Source: a virus
Length of the DNA: 64,000 nucleotides
Reading direction: 5' to 3' (one strand)
Virus record (IMG/VR): IMGVR_UViG_3300023184_000035
Coordinates: 1 to 64,000 of that record
Below are positions 9,994 to 19,963 of this stretch, one piece after another. Below the pieces are notes generated by a model. That model did no database searches. It was not told the origin of the DNA and was given only the letters and a program-made list of their open reading frames with translations. The position numbers were made by a program, and so were the translations under genes. Within the stretch, counting starts at the first letter, position 1, and each line of letters begins with the position of its first letter.

Positions 9994-10786
9994 AATTACT
10001 GCTCGCAAAAAGCTAGATGAAGTCAACTTTGGTGCGTTTGCCAAAGGCGTTGGCAGCCAACTTGTTAAGAATGTCAAAAGTGATTTGGGCATTCAACCCG
10101 CAGATAACAAAGTCAGTGGAGTGGCAGCTCAACAGGCAGCCACCAAAGCCACTGCTGGAGCGGTCAAAGCACAGGCACAAGCACAGCAACAATTATGGAG
10201 TAACACACTAAAAACCATGACTGCGGCTGCTTCCCAAGCAGGTACCGCACAGATTGATCCGCAAGCGCTGGCCACAAACCTCAACAAACAGATTCAAGGC
10301 ATGATAAAACCACACGGACTCACAGCCAGCATAAAACCCATGAATGGCAGACCCGTGCCACAGGTTGATGATTTTACAGATGACATTGATCCAGAGATGT
10401 TGGATGCAAATACCAAGGCACAGGTGGCACAAACTGTGGCACAAATCAATCAGTCAATTGCCAGTATTCTTGCTGCACCTCCCAATGCCACAGCCGCTGA
10501 CTTGGCCAACAACTGGATGGGACTGGCGCAAGGTGTTGCTGATGCAGGATCAATGACCACATTCCATGCCAACCCAGGTGGCGGAGGCGGCAGAGTTGCC
10601 GGTGGTGGAGGCACAGATAGATCAATTCCTCCAGCAATTCAACCAGTGGTCACTGCACTGGGCACTGATTCTGCCAGCATGCAAAAATTTGCTCGACTAG
10701 TTCAAGCAAGCGGTAAACCAGTCAAAGCAACTGGTAACCCACAAATAGATTCGTTTCTTACACAATCAGGAATTAGATTAACTTAA
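9980..10786 (+). CDS. putative internal head protein
   Basis: AGGAG SD; N-terminus MQIFE...LDE resembles prohead-protease-processed proteins; A/Q-rich. Confidence 0.55.
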   Translation: MQIFEITARKKLDEVNFGAFAKGVGSQLVKNVKSDLGIQPADNKVSGVAAQQAATKATAGAVKAQAQAQQQLWSNTLKTMTAAASQAGTAQIDPQALATNLNKQIQGMIKPHGLTASIKPMNGRPVPQVDDFTDDIDPEMLDANTKAQVAQTVAQINQSIASILAAPPNATAADLANNWMGLAQGVADAGSMTTFHANPGGGGGRVAGGGGTDRSIPPAIQPVVTALGTDSASMQKFARLVQASGKPVKATGNPQIDSFLTQSGIRLT

Positions 10787-12711
10787 TGAAAAGCCTACGC
10801 ACACTCTTAGAAGGCGGCAATGTATTCAAGGATGCAGACGGCCAGCCACTCACAGGTCGTATCAATCAAAGCGATGTTCCTGCCACAGTGGCCTGGATTG
10901 AACAGCTAACTGGACTGCAATTCCCACGTGATCGTTGGCTGGGATCAACTGGCAAAGCCCCCACATCAGGCGACATGGATCTTGCAGTGGACACCAATGA
11001 AATTTCCAAGGACCAATTGGCCCAAATACTCATGCAGTGGATCGTCGGTCATAAACTGCCACCTGCTGAATGGATCAAAAAAGGCGGCGAAGTACACTTG
11101 CGCACACCCATACAAGGACGTCCTGAGTTGGGCTATGTGCAAACAGATTTTATGTTCTTTCCCAACTTGGACTGGGGTACATTCTTTTACTCAGGTGGTG
11201 AAGACTCTGCGTATAAAGGTATGAACCGCAATGTGTTGATGAGCAGCATAGCCAAACAACTGGGACTCAAAGTAGGTGCCAATGGCATGTTCAGTCGCGC
11301 CAACAATGCACTGGTACCTGGTGGCATGGATCCTGACTACGTGGCTCAGGCATTATTGGGGCAAGGCAAAACTAAAGCAAACTTAAAAAATGTAGAGAGT
11401 ATCTTTGCTGCCTTAGCCAAGGACCGAGACAAAGAAGCCAAGGTCAAGGACTTTCGCGATTACTTGAACAAAGAAGGTTTACAACAACCCGACGCTGTAA
11501 AAGAAGACACAGACACGTATTTCCTGGCACGCCTGCGTGACAGAATTGTGAATCAAGGCATGCAACCGCTAGTGGAGCGTGAAAGTTCTAATCCATATCA
11601 AATCTACGAGTCTGAAGAAGCTGGAGTAGGTGGCAAGGCCAAGGGCATTGAACACCTGGAAGACTATGTGTTCCGCAATGGCTTGCCGGGTGTGACCAAG
11701 GCATTGCAAATTGTTGCAGCCGCTGCTGCTGCTCCGGCCCAGACCACCACTGTGAAATGGGATGGCAAACCTGCTGTGATATTTGGACGCAAGCCCGACA
11801 CAGGCGAGTTTGTGCTGACAGACGGATCAGGATTTGAAGCCAAAGGCTACGATGGACTAGCAACAAGTCCCCAAATGATGGCTGACATACAGCGCACACG
11901 TTCGGGTGCTAGAGACGAGTTGATTCGACTGTACGCCACACTGTGGCCCAAACTAGAAGCGGCCACTCCCACCAACTTCCGGGGATATGTCAAGGGTGAT
12001 TTGTTGTACATGAGTACACCGCCGCTAGAAGCTGGCAACTATGTATTCAAGCCCAACACAGAGCAATACAGGATTCCGGCCAAGACTTCATTGGGCCAAA
12101 GAATAGGTGCCAGTGACACAGGTATTGCCATGCATTCCATGTACGCAGATGCAGGTGATGCACGTCAACCACTTAGAGGTGTGCGTTTTAATGAGGTTCC
12201 TGGCTTGTTGTTGATTGAACCCATTGGTGGCACAGAAATCGTGCCTGATGCCAACTTGATCAAGCAAATCAAATCTGTGGCCAACAGTGCAGACGGTCGT
12301 GCCATTGCCACACTGTTCAACCCTGCAGAGTTGCGAGCACAGCAGATCACAGACTTGGCCAAACTGTGTGTGGACTACATCAACTTCAGAATCAAACAAC
12401 CCAATGCCAACTTTGACAACTTGTTGCCAGGGTTTGGCGAGTGGTTGCAAACCAAAGTCAGTCCCAGAAAGTTTGGCAATATTGTGGAATACTTGAACAG
12501 TCCTGCCAGCAACGCAGGTGCGCTGTCGGCAGCATTTACACTGTTCTTGCTGTTGCACGATTTAAAGCAGAACGTTCTGCAGCAGTTAGATTTAAAAAAT
12601 CCTGGGCACGAGGGCTGGGTAATGGCCACTGATGCAGGTTACGCCAAAGCTGTCAATAGATTTGACTTTACTGCAAGAAATGCGGCACAAAATAATCCTC
12701 AACAGGCATGA
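10786..12711 (+). CDS. fusion of a pol-beta-type nucleotidyltransferase and a ligase-like (KxDG) nucleotidyltransferase
   Basis: N-domain LGSTGK..SGDMDL..VQTDF; C-domain TVKWDG, GDLLY, EGWV, YAK. Confidence 0.65.
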   Translation: MKSLRTLLEGGNVFKDADGQPLTGRINQSDVPATVAWIEQLTGLQFPRDRWLGSTGKAPTSGDMDLAVDTNEISKDQLAQILMQWIVGHKLPPAEWIKKGGEVHLRTPIQGRPELGYVQTDFMFFPNLDWGTFFYSGGEDSAYKGMNRNVLMSSIAKQLGLKVGANGMFSRANNALVPGGMDPDYVAQALLGQGKTKANLKNVESIFAALAKDRDKEAKVKDFRDYLNKEGLQQPDAVKEDTDTYFLARLRDRIVNQGMQPLVERESSNPYQIYESEEAGVGGKAKGIEHLEDYVFRNGLPGVTKALQIVAAAAAAPAQTTTVKWDGKPAVIFGRKPDTGEFVLTDGSGFEAKGYDGLATSPQMMADIQRTRSGARDELIRLYATLWPKLEAATPTNFRGYVKGDLLYMSTPPLEAGNYVFKPNTEQYRIPAKTSLGQRIGASDTGIAMHSMYADAGDARQPLRGVRFNEVPGLLLIEPIGGTEIVPDANLIKQIKSVANSADGRAIATLFNPAELRAQQITDLAKLCVDYINFRIKQPNANFDNLLPGFGEWLQTKVSPRKFGNIVEYLNSPASNAGALSAAFTLFLLLHDLKQNVLQQLDLKNPGHEGWVMATDAGYAKAVNRFDFTARNAAQNNPQQA

Positions 12712-12724
12712 TTTTTACCGATTG

Positions 12725-12732
12725 TATAAATA
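12725..12732 (+). promoter_or_regulatory. T4-type late promoter TATAAATA
   Basis: Exact T4 late consensus in the intergenic region upstream of a structural-like gene. Confidence 0.8.
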
Positions 12733-12774
12733 AAAGCAGGTCCAACAAGACCACTTAACCTAAAGGAAAAAATC

Positions 12775-13182
12775 ATGGCAAGTTTTACAAAAGTAAATGG
12801 AACTACACAACCAGTATTTGCACTGGACGTGGCAAACGGCAGTATCGCAGGAACAGCAAACGTTGCGGCTCAAGGCCCAGTTAATTTAGCTGGCCCACAA
12901 CTGCAATTCTTCTCATTGACAGCAAACGCTGCACTTACCAATGCTGGTAACGTCAACGGTTACTTGAACAATGTGTTGCAAGCAATTCAACAAACCGGCA
13001 CAATCGCTATCTATCAAGCAGGCGCCACAGCCGGTACAATCAACTTGGCTATTTACCCAGCTGGTGCTTACACCACAGCTACCTTGGTTGCCGCTGCTCA
13101 AACAGCCAATGCCACAGGTGGCTTGAACATTGGTATTCCAACTGGCAACGTCAGCGCAACTGCCAGCTTCACTAACCTGTAA
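12775..13182 (+). CDS. small virion structural protein
   Basis: A/G/T/N-rich; late promoter, AAGGA SD and own terminator. Confidence 0.7.
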   Translation: MASFTKVNGTTQPVFALDVANGSIAGTANVAAQGPVNLAGPQLQFFSLTANAALTNAGNVNGYLNNVLQAIQQTGTIAIYQAGATAGTINLAIYPAGAYTTATLVAAAQTANATGGLNIGIPTGNVSATASFTNL

Positions 13183-13200
13183 TCAGTTTAGTTCCAACGC

Positions 13201-13234
13201 AACCCTGGACGTAAAAAATCCAGGGTTTCTTTTT
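13201..13234 (+). terminator. rho-independent terminator
   Basis: AACCCTGGA-loop-TCCAGGGTT followed by TCTTTTT. Confidence 0.8.
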
Positions 13235-13253
13235 GGCGTTAAATATGCACATA

Positions 13254-13697
13254 ATGAAAGTCTTGTGCCGCACTCTTTTTGATTGTACCTTCACTGGGGT
13301 AACTGGACATCTCCGACCACAACAGTTGCCCTTTACCACAAAAACAAGCCTGGTAATTAACACGCCTGACCAATGGAATCGCAGTCGCAATCAACAACGC
13401 AACTGGGAAAGTCTATTGCAAATTGTCAGTCTAAGAACACAACCCATGAATGTTGTGCCACCCACCAAGCACAACGATGGTTGGCATTTTGAATTTGAAG
13501 TAGAAGCCGAAGGTGTTCTTGCCGGTGGACACAACACTGACGACCTAGCAGGGTTAGTAGCAGACTGTGAAGGTGTACCCATGATCACAGGACTTGACGA
13601 AGCAGAAGTTATCACTGCCACCTTGCATGCTCAAGGTACCAATCAAAACATTTGGTTCAGCGCCATAAATACGCCATTGGAGCCCGAACATGGTTGA
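13254..13697 (+). CDS. hypothetical protein (start approximate)
   Basis: ORF after TAAATA near 13240. Confidence 0.6.
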   Translation: MKVLCRTLFDCTFTGVTGHLRPQQLPFTTKTSLVINTPDQWNRSRNQQRNWESLLQIVSLRTQPMNVVPPTKHNDGWHFEFEVEAEGVLAGGHNTDDLAGLVADCEGVPMITGLDEAEVITATLHAQGTNQNIWFSAINTPLEPEHG

Positions 13698-13956
13698 TAC
13701 TACAGATATTGAAAAGAAAAGTCTTGAAGCTCACGTTGAGTTATGTGCCGAACGTTACCGCATGCTGGAACTCAAAATAGAAACAGTGGAACGAGAAGTT
13801 GGAGAAGTCAAACACATGATGTCAGATGTGCATGGCATTGTGCGCAAAATGGGCGAAAAACGCAACGATCAACTGATCGCCTGGGGCATAGGCGTCATTG
13901 GTGTGTTGCTGGGCATTGTGGGGTGGCTCACTACACAGTATGTAAAAACTCTATGA
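13690..13956 (+). CDS. coiled-coil protein with C-terminal TM helix
   Basis: Heptad pattern, then LIAWGIGVIGVLLGIVGWL. Confidence 0.7.
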   Translation: MVDTTDIEKKSLEAHVELCAERYRMLELKIETVEREVGEVKHMMSDVHGIVRKMGEKRNDQLIAWGIGVIGVLLGIVGWLTTQYVKTL

Positions 13957-14405
13957 CCCGTGATCAAAAATTAGAACGCTTTGCTGAGCGTGAACTCAAA
14001 CGTGTGTACACTGAACTTATCATAGATGATGAACACGGTGGATACGTTGCGTTTGGGCGTTATCACTTGTGTCCTGAGTCAGCGGGCTTTGCAGTGTATC
14101 ATAGTGATGATCTTGTGAGTATGTTTAGCAGTAAAAAAACTGCTATGTCATGGTGTGTGGCAGATCATTTGCAGCAGTATCGATTAGCACAAAACATCCG
14201 CATACTAGACAATAAAAAACAAACATTAACTGCTGATATCCATTGCCGCAGCGGGCAAGCGGACCGTAGCAACAGACCTGAATTCCGTGAAATGGTGCGC
14301 ACCAAACTTGCACCCAAGATCGAAAATCTTACCCTGCTGAATCAAGAACTTGAAAAATGTTTAAATTCGGCTAAATATCTACAACTAAGAGGATTTGCCA
14401 AATGA
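13953..14405 (+). CDS. hypothetical protein
   Basis: ATGA overlap with the upstream stop; MTRDQKLE start. Confidence 0.7.
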   Translation: MTRDQKLERFAERELKRVYTELIIDDEHGGYVAFGRYHLCPESAGFAVYHSDDLVSMFSSKKTAMSWCVADHLQQYRLAQNIRILDNKKQTLTADIHCRSGQADRSNRPEFREMVRTKLAPKIENLTLLNQELEKCLNSAKYLQLRGFAK

Positions 14406-15340
14406 AATTAACCGAACTGGCCACAACAAAAAAGAGCCGCCAAGCGACCCAAGTATTTGAAAGTTACTTTGGTACAAAAATGCCCGTGAACAAGATCACA
14501 GTGCGCGAAGCACGGGTCATGCTTAAACGTGTGCGTGGAGTCATTGCTGAACACCAGCGTGGCACCGGTCGTCACACCAGTGAACGTAACCCTGCGTATC
14601 TTAAATTGATCATGATGGAACAAGCACTGGCTCATCGTGTGAGTGAAGAAGCAATTCCAGTTGCACCACCCACACAGGCCAAACCAGGACAACCAGTTGC
14701 TGGGCAACCCACTACTGGGCAACCGTCCACAGTCAACATCAAAGATCCAAAGTTGGCAGCGGCATTGAAGAAAAGTCAAGCAGGCCAAACACTAAATCCT
14801 GAAGAACAAAAACTTGTGGCTGGCCAAGCATTGATGACTGCCGAAAGCCGGTTGCGCCGAGCATATCAAGTGTTGAAAGAATCAGAAGTTCAGCAAGCAC
14901 AAGTTGTGTTGGCTGCACAAGACATGGTAGACAAAATGCAATCAATGTTGGAAGACACAACAGAGATGCAATTCAAAGAACTGCCTGCACTAGTAGATAG
15001 TATCCGCAATCAAATTGGCATTGAACAAGCTACACAATTTAATTCTGACGTAACAGCAGCATTGCAAGGTCTTGTGCAAAACCTGCAAGGTTCTAAACAG
15101 CAATTAGAAACAGCACTGGGTGTTGTGACAGGTCAACCTGCACCACTAGACACCAGCATGGCTGCCAGTGGTGTGCCAGGTGCTGCTCCAGCCCCTGTGC
15201 CAGGTGCTGAAGCTGGTGCCGAAATGGGTGCTGACGTAGGTGCCGAAATGGGTGCCGAAATGGGTGCTGACGTAGGTGCCGAAATGGGTGCTGAAGAACC
15301 TGCCCCGGCTGGCGCTGGTCTAGGCCGAGCACGTAGATAA
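14402..15340 (+). CDS. putative head scaffold/internal protein
   Basis: MKLTE N-terminus, LxE sites, coiled coil, low-complexity acidic tail. Confidence 0.6.
   Translation: MKLTELATTKKSRQATQVFESYFGTKMPVNKITVREARVMLKRVRGVIAEHQRGTGRHTSERNPAYLKLIMMEQALAHRVSEEAIPVAPPTQAKPGQPVAGQPTTGQPSTVNIKDPKLAAALKKSQAGQTLNPEEQKLVAGQALMTAESRLRRAYQVLKESEVQQAQVVLAAQDMVDKMQSMLEDTTEMQFKELPALVDSIRNQIGIEQATQFNSDVTAALQGLVQNLQGSKQQLETALGVVTGQPAPLDTSMAASGVPGAAPAPVPGAEAGAEMGADVGAEMGAEMGADVGAEMGAEEPAPAGAGLGRARR
15203..15295 (+). repeat. in-frame 12-nt tandem repeat (GAEM/GADV)
   Basis: Alternating GGTGCCGAAATG and GGTGCTGACGTA units. Confidence 0.9.
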
Positions 15341-15693
15341 TGAGAATCGACGAAGTCGAAAATTCAAGTTCACTAGATCCAAACAAACTAATGGGTCTAG
15401 TGAATTTTCTTTCTGGCCGTGCAGATGACGAAAATGCACAAAAACAAATCAGCACTGACGCATTTATAAGTGCCGCACAAAGTTTGGGATTTCCAGTCAA
15501 TCAACGTAATATTATAAGCGTGGTAAGTACACCACCTTTGGACAGTGTACTAGAACCAATTGATCCCAGCAACCCTAGTGTGATCATGTACAAAGGCGCC
15601 AACACCGGTGCAACCCAAATGCCTGTAAACAAAGCACAAGACATTGTGGCCGCCTCGGCCAAATCTGCTGCCGGCAAAGAACGCGGCGTATAA
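15340..15693 (+). CDS. hypothetical protein
   Basis: MRIDE N-terminus; TAATG overlap with the upstream gene. Confidence 0.7.
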   Translation: MRIDEVENSSSLDPNKLMGLVNFLSGRADDENAQKQISTDAFISAAQSLGFPVNQRNIISVVSTPPLDSVLEPIDPSNPSVIMYKGANTGATQMPVNKAQDIVAASAKSAAGKERGV

Positions 15694-15702
15694 TCATTCT
15701 CA

Positions 15703-15731
15703 TTGACACTTGTTAGTAAATACGCTATAAT
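15703..15731 (+). promoter_or_regulatory. perfect sigma70 promoter with nested TAAATA
   Basis: TTGACA-17 nt-TATAAT; TAAATA at 15717-15722. Confidence 0.85.
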
Positions 15732-15748
15732 CAGCGAAGGAATATCAC

Positions 15749-16126
15749 ATGGCCTATTCAGAAAAAGTAATTGATCACTATGAAAACCCACGCAACGTGG
15801 GCAAGTTTGAAATTGACGACACCATTGGCACAGGCATGGTGGGAGCACCAGCATGCGGCGATGTGATGAAATTGCAGATCAAAGTTGAAGATGGAATTAT
15901 AACAGATGCCAGGTTCAAAACATACGGATGCGGAAGTGCGATTGCCTCATCCTCTCTTGTTACCGAGTGGGTTAAAGGACGAACGCTTGACCAGGCAGCA
16001 GCTCTTAAAAATTCAGAGATTGCTCAAGAACTCGCATTGCCACCAGTCAAGATTCATTGTTCTATTCTTGCTGAAGATGCTATACGAGCAGCCGTAGAAG
16101 ACTATCGTAACAAGCATGCTGCATGA
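15749..16126 (+). CDS. iscU: Fe-S cluster scaffold IscU
   Basis: YSEKVIDHYENPRNVG, APACGD, GCGSAIAS, LPPVKIHC. Confidence 0.97.
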   Translation: MAYSEKVIDHYENPRNVGKFEIDDTIGTGMVGAPACGDVMKLQIKVEDGIITDARFKTYGCGSAIASSSLVTEWVKGRTLDQAAALKNSEIAQELALPPVKIHCSILAEDAIRAAVEDYRNKHAA

Positions 16127-17870
16127 ACTCACGTTAGGAAATGACGTTGCGGTACTAGATTGTATAATTAGTACCAGCGTTCCGACAAAAAAAACAAAAA
16201 TACTATTCTATCACGGTTGTGTGGGTGAATGGATGTACTCGGCATCTATTTTGTTTAAAACGTACATTGAATGGTTTTATCCAGATACCGCTGAACATTT
16301 AGAATGGCTTATTCCTTTACAAAGTCAAATTGATGATCAATCATTGATTAACTACATAACTCAAAATCAAGTTGACTTGTTGTGTACTAGTCACTATGTT
16401 TGGAATCATGATTTTTTAATTTCGCAACTGGCTAGAGTTTCAAAACATCTTAAAGATGTAAAAATTATTTCTGGTGGGCCCAACATAGATGTCAACGCTG
16501 ACCCAAATTTTTTTGAAAAATATCCTTTTATTGATTATGCAGTGTATGCGGCCGGGGAACAGGCCTTTGCTGACATAATAAATCATCTAGTTCTTGACAA
16601 ACCATTGATTGCATTTAATACATCAAATTGCGCTTGGCGCAACAATAACGACAAAGTTGTTGTGGCTGATTATAAATTTGTGAAAATGATAGAAGTTAGC
16701 CCGTTTGTTTATAATGAAAAGTTTTTTGAAGAAATGACTTCAGCTTTTGTTAAAGAACATACCAACTTATGGTTTGCGTATACATTAACCAGAGGATGTC
16801 CGTATGCCTGCACCTTCTGCGATTGGAACAGCGGTCTTGGTAATAAAGTTTCTAGACGCAAAAATACCTATCAGCAAGAAATTGACTTGTTTCAACGACT
16901 AGGGATCAAGAACATATATTTGTCGGACGCCAACGTTGGGCAATACGAAGAAGATGTCAAAATGATTGAATATTTTGCAGAGAAAAATGTCAAAGAAAAT
17001 GTTGGGTTCCACGTGGGTGGTAATTTCAGCAAGCTCAAGAAAGAAAATAATTTAAAAATCTTTCATGCCATGGCCAAAAGTAAATTGCTTCACAAGGCAT
17101 TTAACTTTTCAATTCAAGATACAAACGAAGAGATATTAAAAAATATTGATCGTCCTGATGTGGGATGGGAAGTTCATGCTGCCATGGCAGATGAGTTACG
17201 ACAAAGCTATCCGCATCTGTGTGTGAAAGCACAACTGTTATATGGACTACCTGGGCAAACTGTTGAATCTTGGAGGGAAACACTTCGGCAAGTTACTCAA
17301 AAAAATATTTTTCCAAGGCCTTTGTTCAATGAACCCTTGCCATCAAGTCCGGCATTACTAGACCCAGAATATCAACGACGATTTCAATTTGAATATATTC
17401 AGACCAATCGACTCATAGAAGGATTTGTGCAGGCAACCAAATGTGTTACCATGGTGTCAAAAAAAAGCAGCTCTTTTGATCAAGCAGACATTGTACACAT
17501 GCTGATTATATCTGCAATGTATCAGGCGTTGACTGCATTTAAATTGGCAATGATCGAATGTGGATCTAATGGGTTTGATATTGAACCAGTTGTAACTGGG
17601 TTGATTCGCACCCCACAATATCAACGCATATATGACAATTTTTTATACAATTGGACTGTGGAAAATAATTTTTACTTTACCACAGATTTCAGTGGTAACC
17701 ACAACATAATTAGTGACTTGACTATAGGAATTAAATTGGTTTCGGATAATCAATTTGTAGCAAGTGTTATATCTAATTTGCCAAAAACTTCACGTTCTGA
17801 ATTTATTCAATATGTAGTGACTGATAAATTCAAAAAAACGATCAATGAAATATTTTCAGATTTTGATTGA
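16116..17870 (+). CDS. radical SAM protein with B12-binding-like N-domain
   Basis: TRGCPYACTFCDW (CxxxCxxC); N-part YVWN, GGPN, GE; visibly AT-rich. Confidence 0.88.
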   Translation: MLHELTLGNDVAVLDCIISTSVPTKKTKILFYHGCVGEWMYSASILFKTYIEWFYPDTAEHLEWLIPLQSQIDDQSLINYITQNQVDLLCTSHYVWNHDFLISQLARVSKHLKDVKIISGGPNIDVNADPNFFEKYPFIDYAVYAAGEQAFADIINHLVLDKPLIAFNTSNCAWRNNNDKVVVADYKFVKMIEVSPFVYNEKFFEEMTSAFVKEHTNLWFAYTLTRGCPYACTFCDWNSGLGNKVSRRKNTYQQEIDLFQRLGIKNIYLSDANVGQYEEDVKMIEYFAEKNVKENVGFHVGGNFSKLKKENNLKIFHAMAKSKLLHKAFNFSIQDTNEEILKNIDRPDVGWEVHAAMADELRQSYPHLCVKAQLLYGLPGQTVESWRETLRQVTQKNIFPRPLFNEPLPSSPALLDPEYQRRFQFEYIQTNRLIEGFVQATKCVTMVSKKSSSFDQADIVHMLIISAMYQALTAFKLAMIECGSNGFDIEPVVTGLIRTPQYQRIYDNFLYNWTVENNFYFTTDFSGNHNIISDLTIGIKLVSDNQFVASVISNLPKTSRSEFIQYVVTDKFKKTINEIFSDFD

Positions 17871-17871
17871 T

Positions 17872-18195
17872 ATGATAACCATAACTGATGTTGCTAAAAA
17901 TAAAATTCAAAAATTAGTACAGACCAAAGGTTATGCTGGTATACGATTGGGAGTAAAAACTACAGGTTGCTCAGGGCTTGCTTATGTGTTAGAATACGTT
18001 AACAAATACGTGCCTGAATCAGGAACCATAAATTATGCTCAAAATGATTTCTGTGTGTTAGTTGATAAAAAACATGATGTATACCTGCGTGGCACACAAG
18101 TAGACTATGTGCGCCAAGGCCTCAACGAGGGCTTTGAGTTTTCCAACCCCAATGAACGTGACCGCTGTGGTTGCGGAGAAAGTTTTAGAGTTTGA
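17872..18195 (+). CDS. iscA: A-type Fe-S carrier IscA
   Basis: GVKTTGCSGLAY, NPN, CGCGESF. Confidence 0.95.
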   Translation: MITITDVAKNKIQKLVQTKGYAGIRLGVKTTGCSGLAYVLEYVNKYVPESGTINYAQNDFCVLVDKKHDVYLRGTQVDYVRQGLNEGFEFSNPNERDRCGCGESFRV

Positions 18196-19226
18196 TACCA
18201 GGTTACTACACTACACAACAGCTGACAGAACTTGCACAAGGCAACGCTGACACATTTAGATCCATTGGCAAAACACACAGCAAAATGATCTTGGTCAATG
18301 ACAGTGTGATCATTATCTATGCCCATAAGTTTGGTGCTGCCTTGACCAAAGATCAACGTGAGATGTTGCTAGACGTAATTTGTAAACATTACCGCAATCA
18401 AACTATAGAAGTAATATCTGGGGACGGGGAAAATTTAGAGTTGCTGGGAGTGTTAGACTTACTAGAGCTCATAACTGCCAAGCTCAACATACCAATACAA
18501 CACATAAGATTAGCCAGTACCAATCCTGATTATGCAAGAGCTTTCCCTCATGTGCGTAAAAAGCCTGGAGTATTTCTTGCTGCCTGGAATTTTATCAACC
18601 CAGTTGCCACACCTGTCAAAACAGATGCCAAGTTTGTGGGCACCGCCATTGGGAGATTCACACCCAGTAGATTTAGATTGGCATATGAAATGGATCAGGC
18701 ATTTCCCAATGATGCAAAAATAGTTTTCCAACAAATACGCAATCAACTTGAAGTACTAAACTGGTCCAGTGGTGTTTATGATCGCGAACTAGCCTGGGCG
18801 CAAACTCGTCAATTTGACACAGATGTTTCTGTAGAAGATTATGCTCGAGAACATTGGGCTGCAGGATGCCGCAACTACAATGCTTGGTCGGCACAGTTTC
18901 AAATTGATGTTGTGGCCGAGAGTGATGTGTTTAACTATCACTGGCTCACAGAAAAAGTTGCCAAACCCTTGGCCACCGGAAAGCCTTTTGTATTACTAGG
19001 TGGCCGCCACAGTTTACGATTGCTACGTGCCTGGGGTTTTGCAACGTTTGATAACATCATTGATGAATCATATGATGACGAAGAAATTCCCACATTGCGA
19101 ATTACAAAAATTATCAATAGTCTAAAACAAGTTTACCACAGTCCTGATCGACAACACCTTGTAGCACAAATGAATCAAAACGCACACCGCAATATTGCAC
19201 AGTATCAAAAATTCTGTAGAACTTAA
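18192..19226 (+). CDS. GT10-like putative glycosyltransferase, copy 2
   Basis: LTEKVAKPLATGKPFVLLG..GFATF..IDESYD. Confidence 0.6.
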   Translation: MIPGYYTTQQLTELAQGNADTFRSIGKTHSKMILVNDSVIIIYAHKFGAALTKDQREMLLDVICKHYRNQTIEVISGDGENLELLGVLDLLELITAKLNIPIQHIRLASTNPDYARAFPHVRKKPGVFLAAWNFINPVATPVKTDAKFVGTAIGRFTPSRFRLAYEMDQAFPNDAKIVFQQIRNQLEVLNWSSGVYDRELAWAQTRQFDTDVSVEDYAREHWAAGCRNYNAWSAQFQIDVVAESDVFNYHWLTEKVAKPLATGKPFVLLGGRHSLRLLRAWGFATFDNIIDESYDDEEIPTLRITKIINSLKQVYHSPDRQHLVAQMNQNAHRNIAQYQKFCRT

Positions 19227-19227
19227 T

Positions 19228-19944
19228 ATGTACAATCCAAAATTCAATTACCAGTCCATTCCCCGGGAAAACGTCAACGGACGTAGACTATATGCCACTC
19301 CTGATGGCAATAAACTACCCAGTGTGACCACAATACTTGATGCCACCAAAAGCGAGGAAAGTAAAAAGGCCTTGCAAAATTGGCGCAACCGAGTGGGGCA
19401 CGAGCAAGCACAACAAATCACCACAGAAGCTGCCAACCGCGGTACAAGAATGCACACATACCTTGAACAGTATGTCAAAGAAGGTGCCATAAAAGACCGT
19501 GGTACAAATCCATTCAGTTGGGCCAGTCATGCCATGGCTCATAAAGTTGTAGAACATGGACTGAAAAATGTTAATGAGTTTTGGGGCATTGAAGTACCGT
19601 TGTATTTCCCTCGAGTGTATGCAGGCACCACAGACGGCGCAGGCATACACTTGAATGAAGAAGCCATCCTGGACTACAAGCAAACCAACAAGCCCAAAAA
19701 ACGTGAATGGATTGATGACTACTTTGTGCAGTTGTGCGCATACGCAGAAGCACACAATGAACTGCATGGCACAAACATCCGAAAAGGCGTGATTTTGATG
19801 TGCGTCAAACCTGCTGTAGACGATCAAATGAACATGATCTCCCAGCCAGAATACCAAGAATTTGTGCTGGAAGGCCGGGAGTTTGACAAGTACCGGGACC
19901 TATGGTGGAAAAAGGTTGAACAGTATTACTTGCTAAATATGTGA
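19228..19944 (+). CDS. PD-(D/E)XK exonuclease
   Basis: LPSVTTIL, GTRMH, AGTTD, DYKQ, QLCAY. Confidence 0.88.
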   Translation: MYNPKFNYQSIPRENVNGRRLYATPDGNKLPSVTTILDATKSEESKKALQNWRNRVGHEQAQQITTEAANRGTRMHTYLEQYVKEGAIKDRGTNPFSWASHAMAHKVVEHGLKNVNEFWGIEVPLYFPRVYAGTTDGAGIHLNEEAILDYKQTNKPKKREWIDDYFVQLCAYAEAHNELHGTNIRKGVILMCVKPAVDDQMNMISQPEYQEFVLEGREFDKYRDLWWKKVEQYYLLNM

Positions 19945-19963
19945 TACCCGAAGGAATCACACT

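Noticed and set aside
15203-15295. Tandem repeat as a possible CRISPR array
   Set aside because: The 12-nt in-frame coding units have no unique spacers, and there are no cas genes; the exonuclease at 19228 is a standard phage PD-(D/E)XK enzyme
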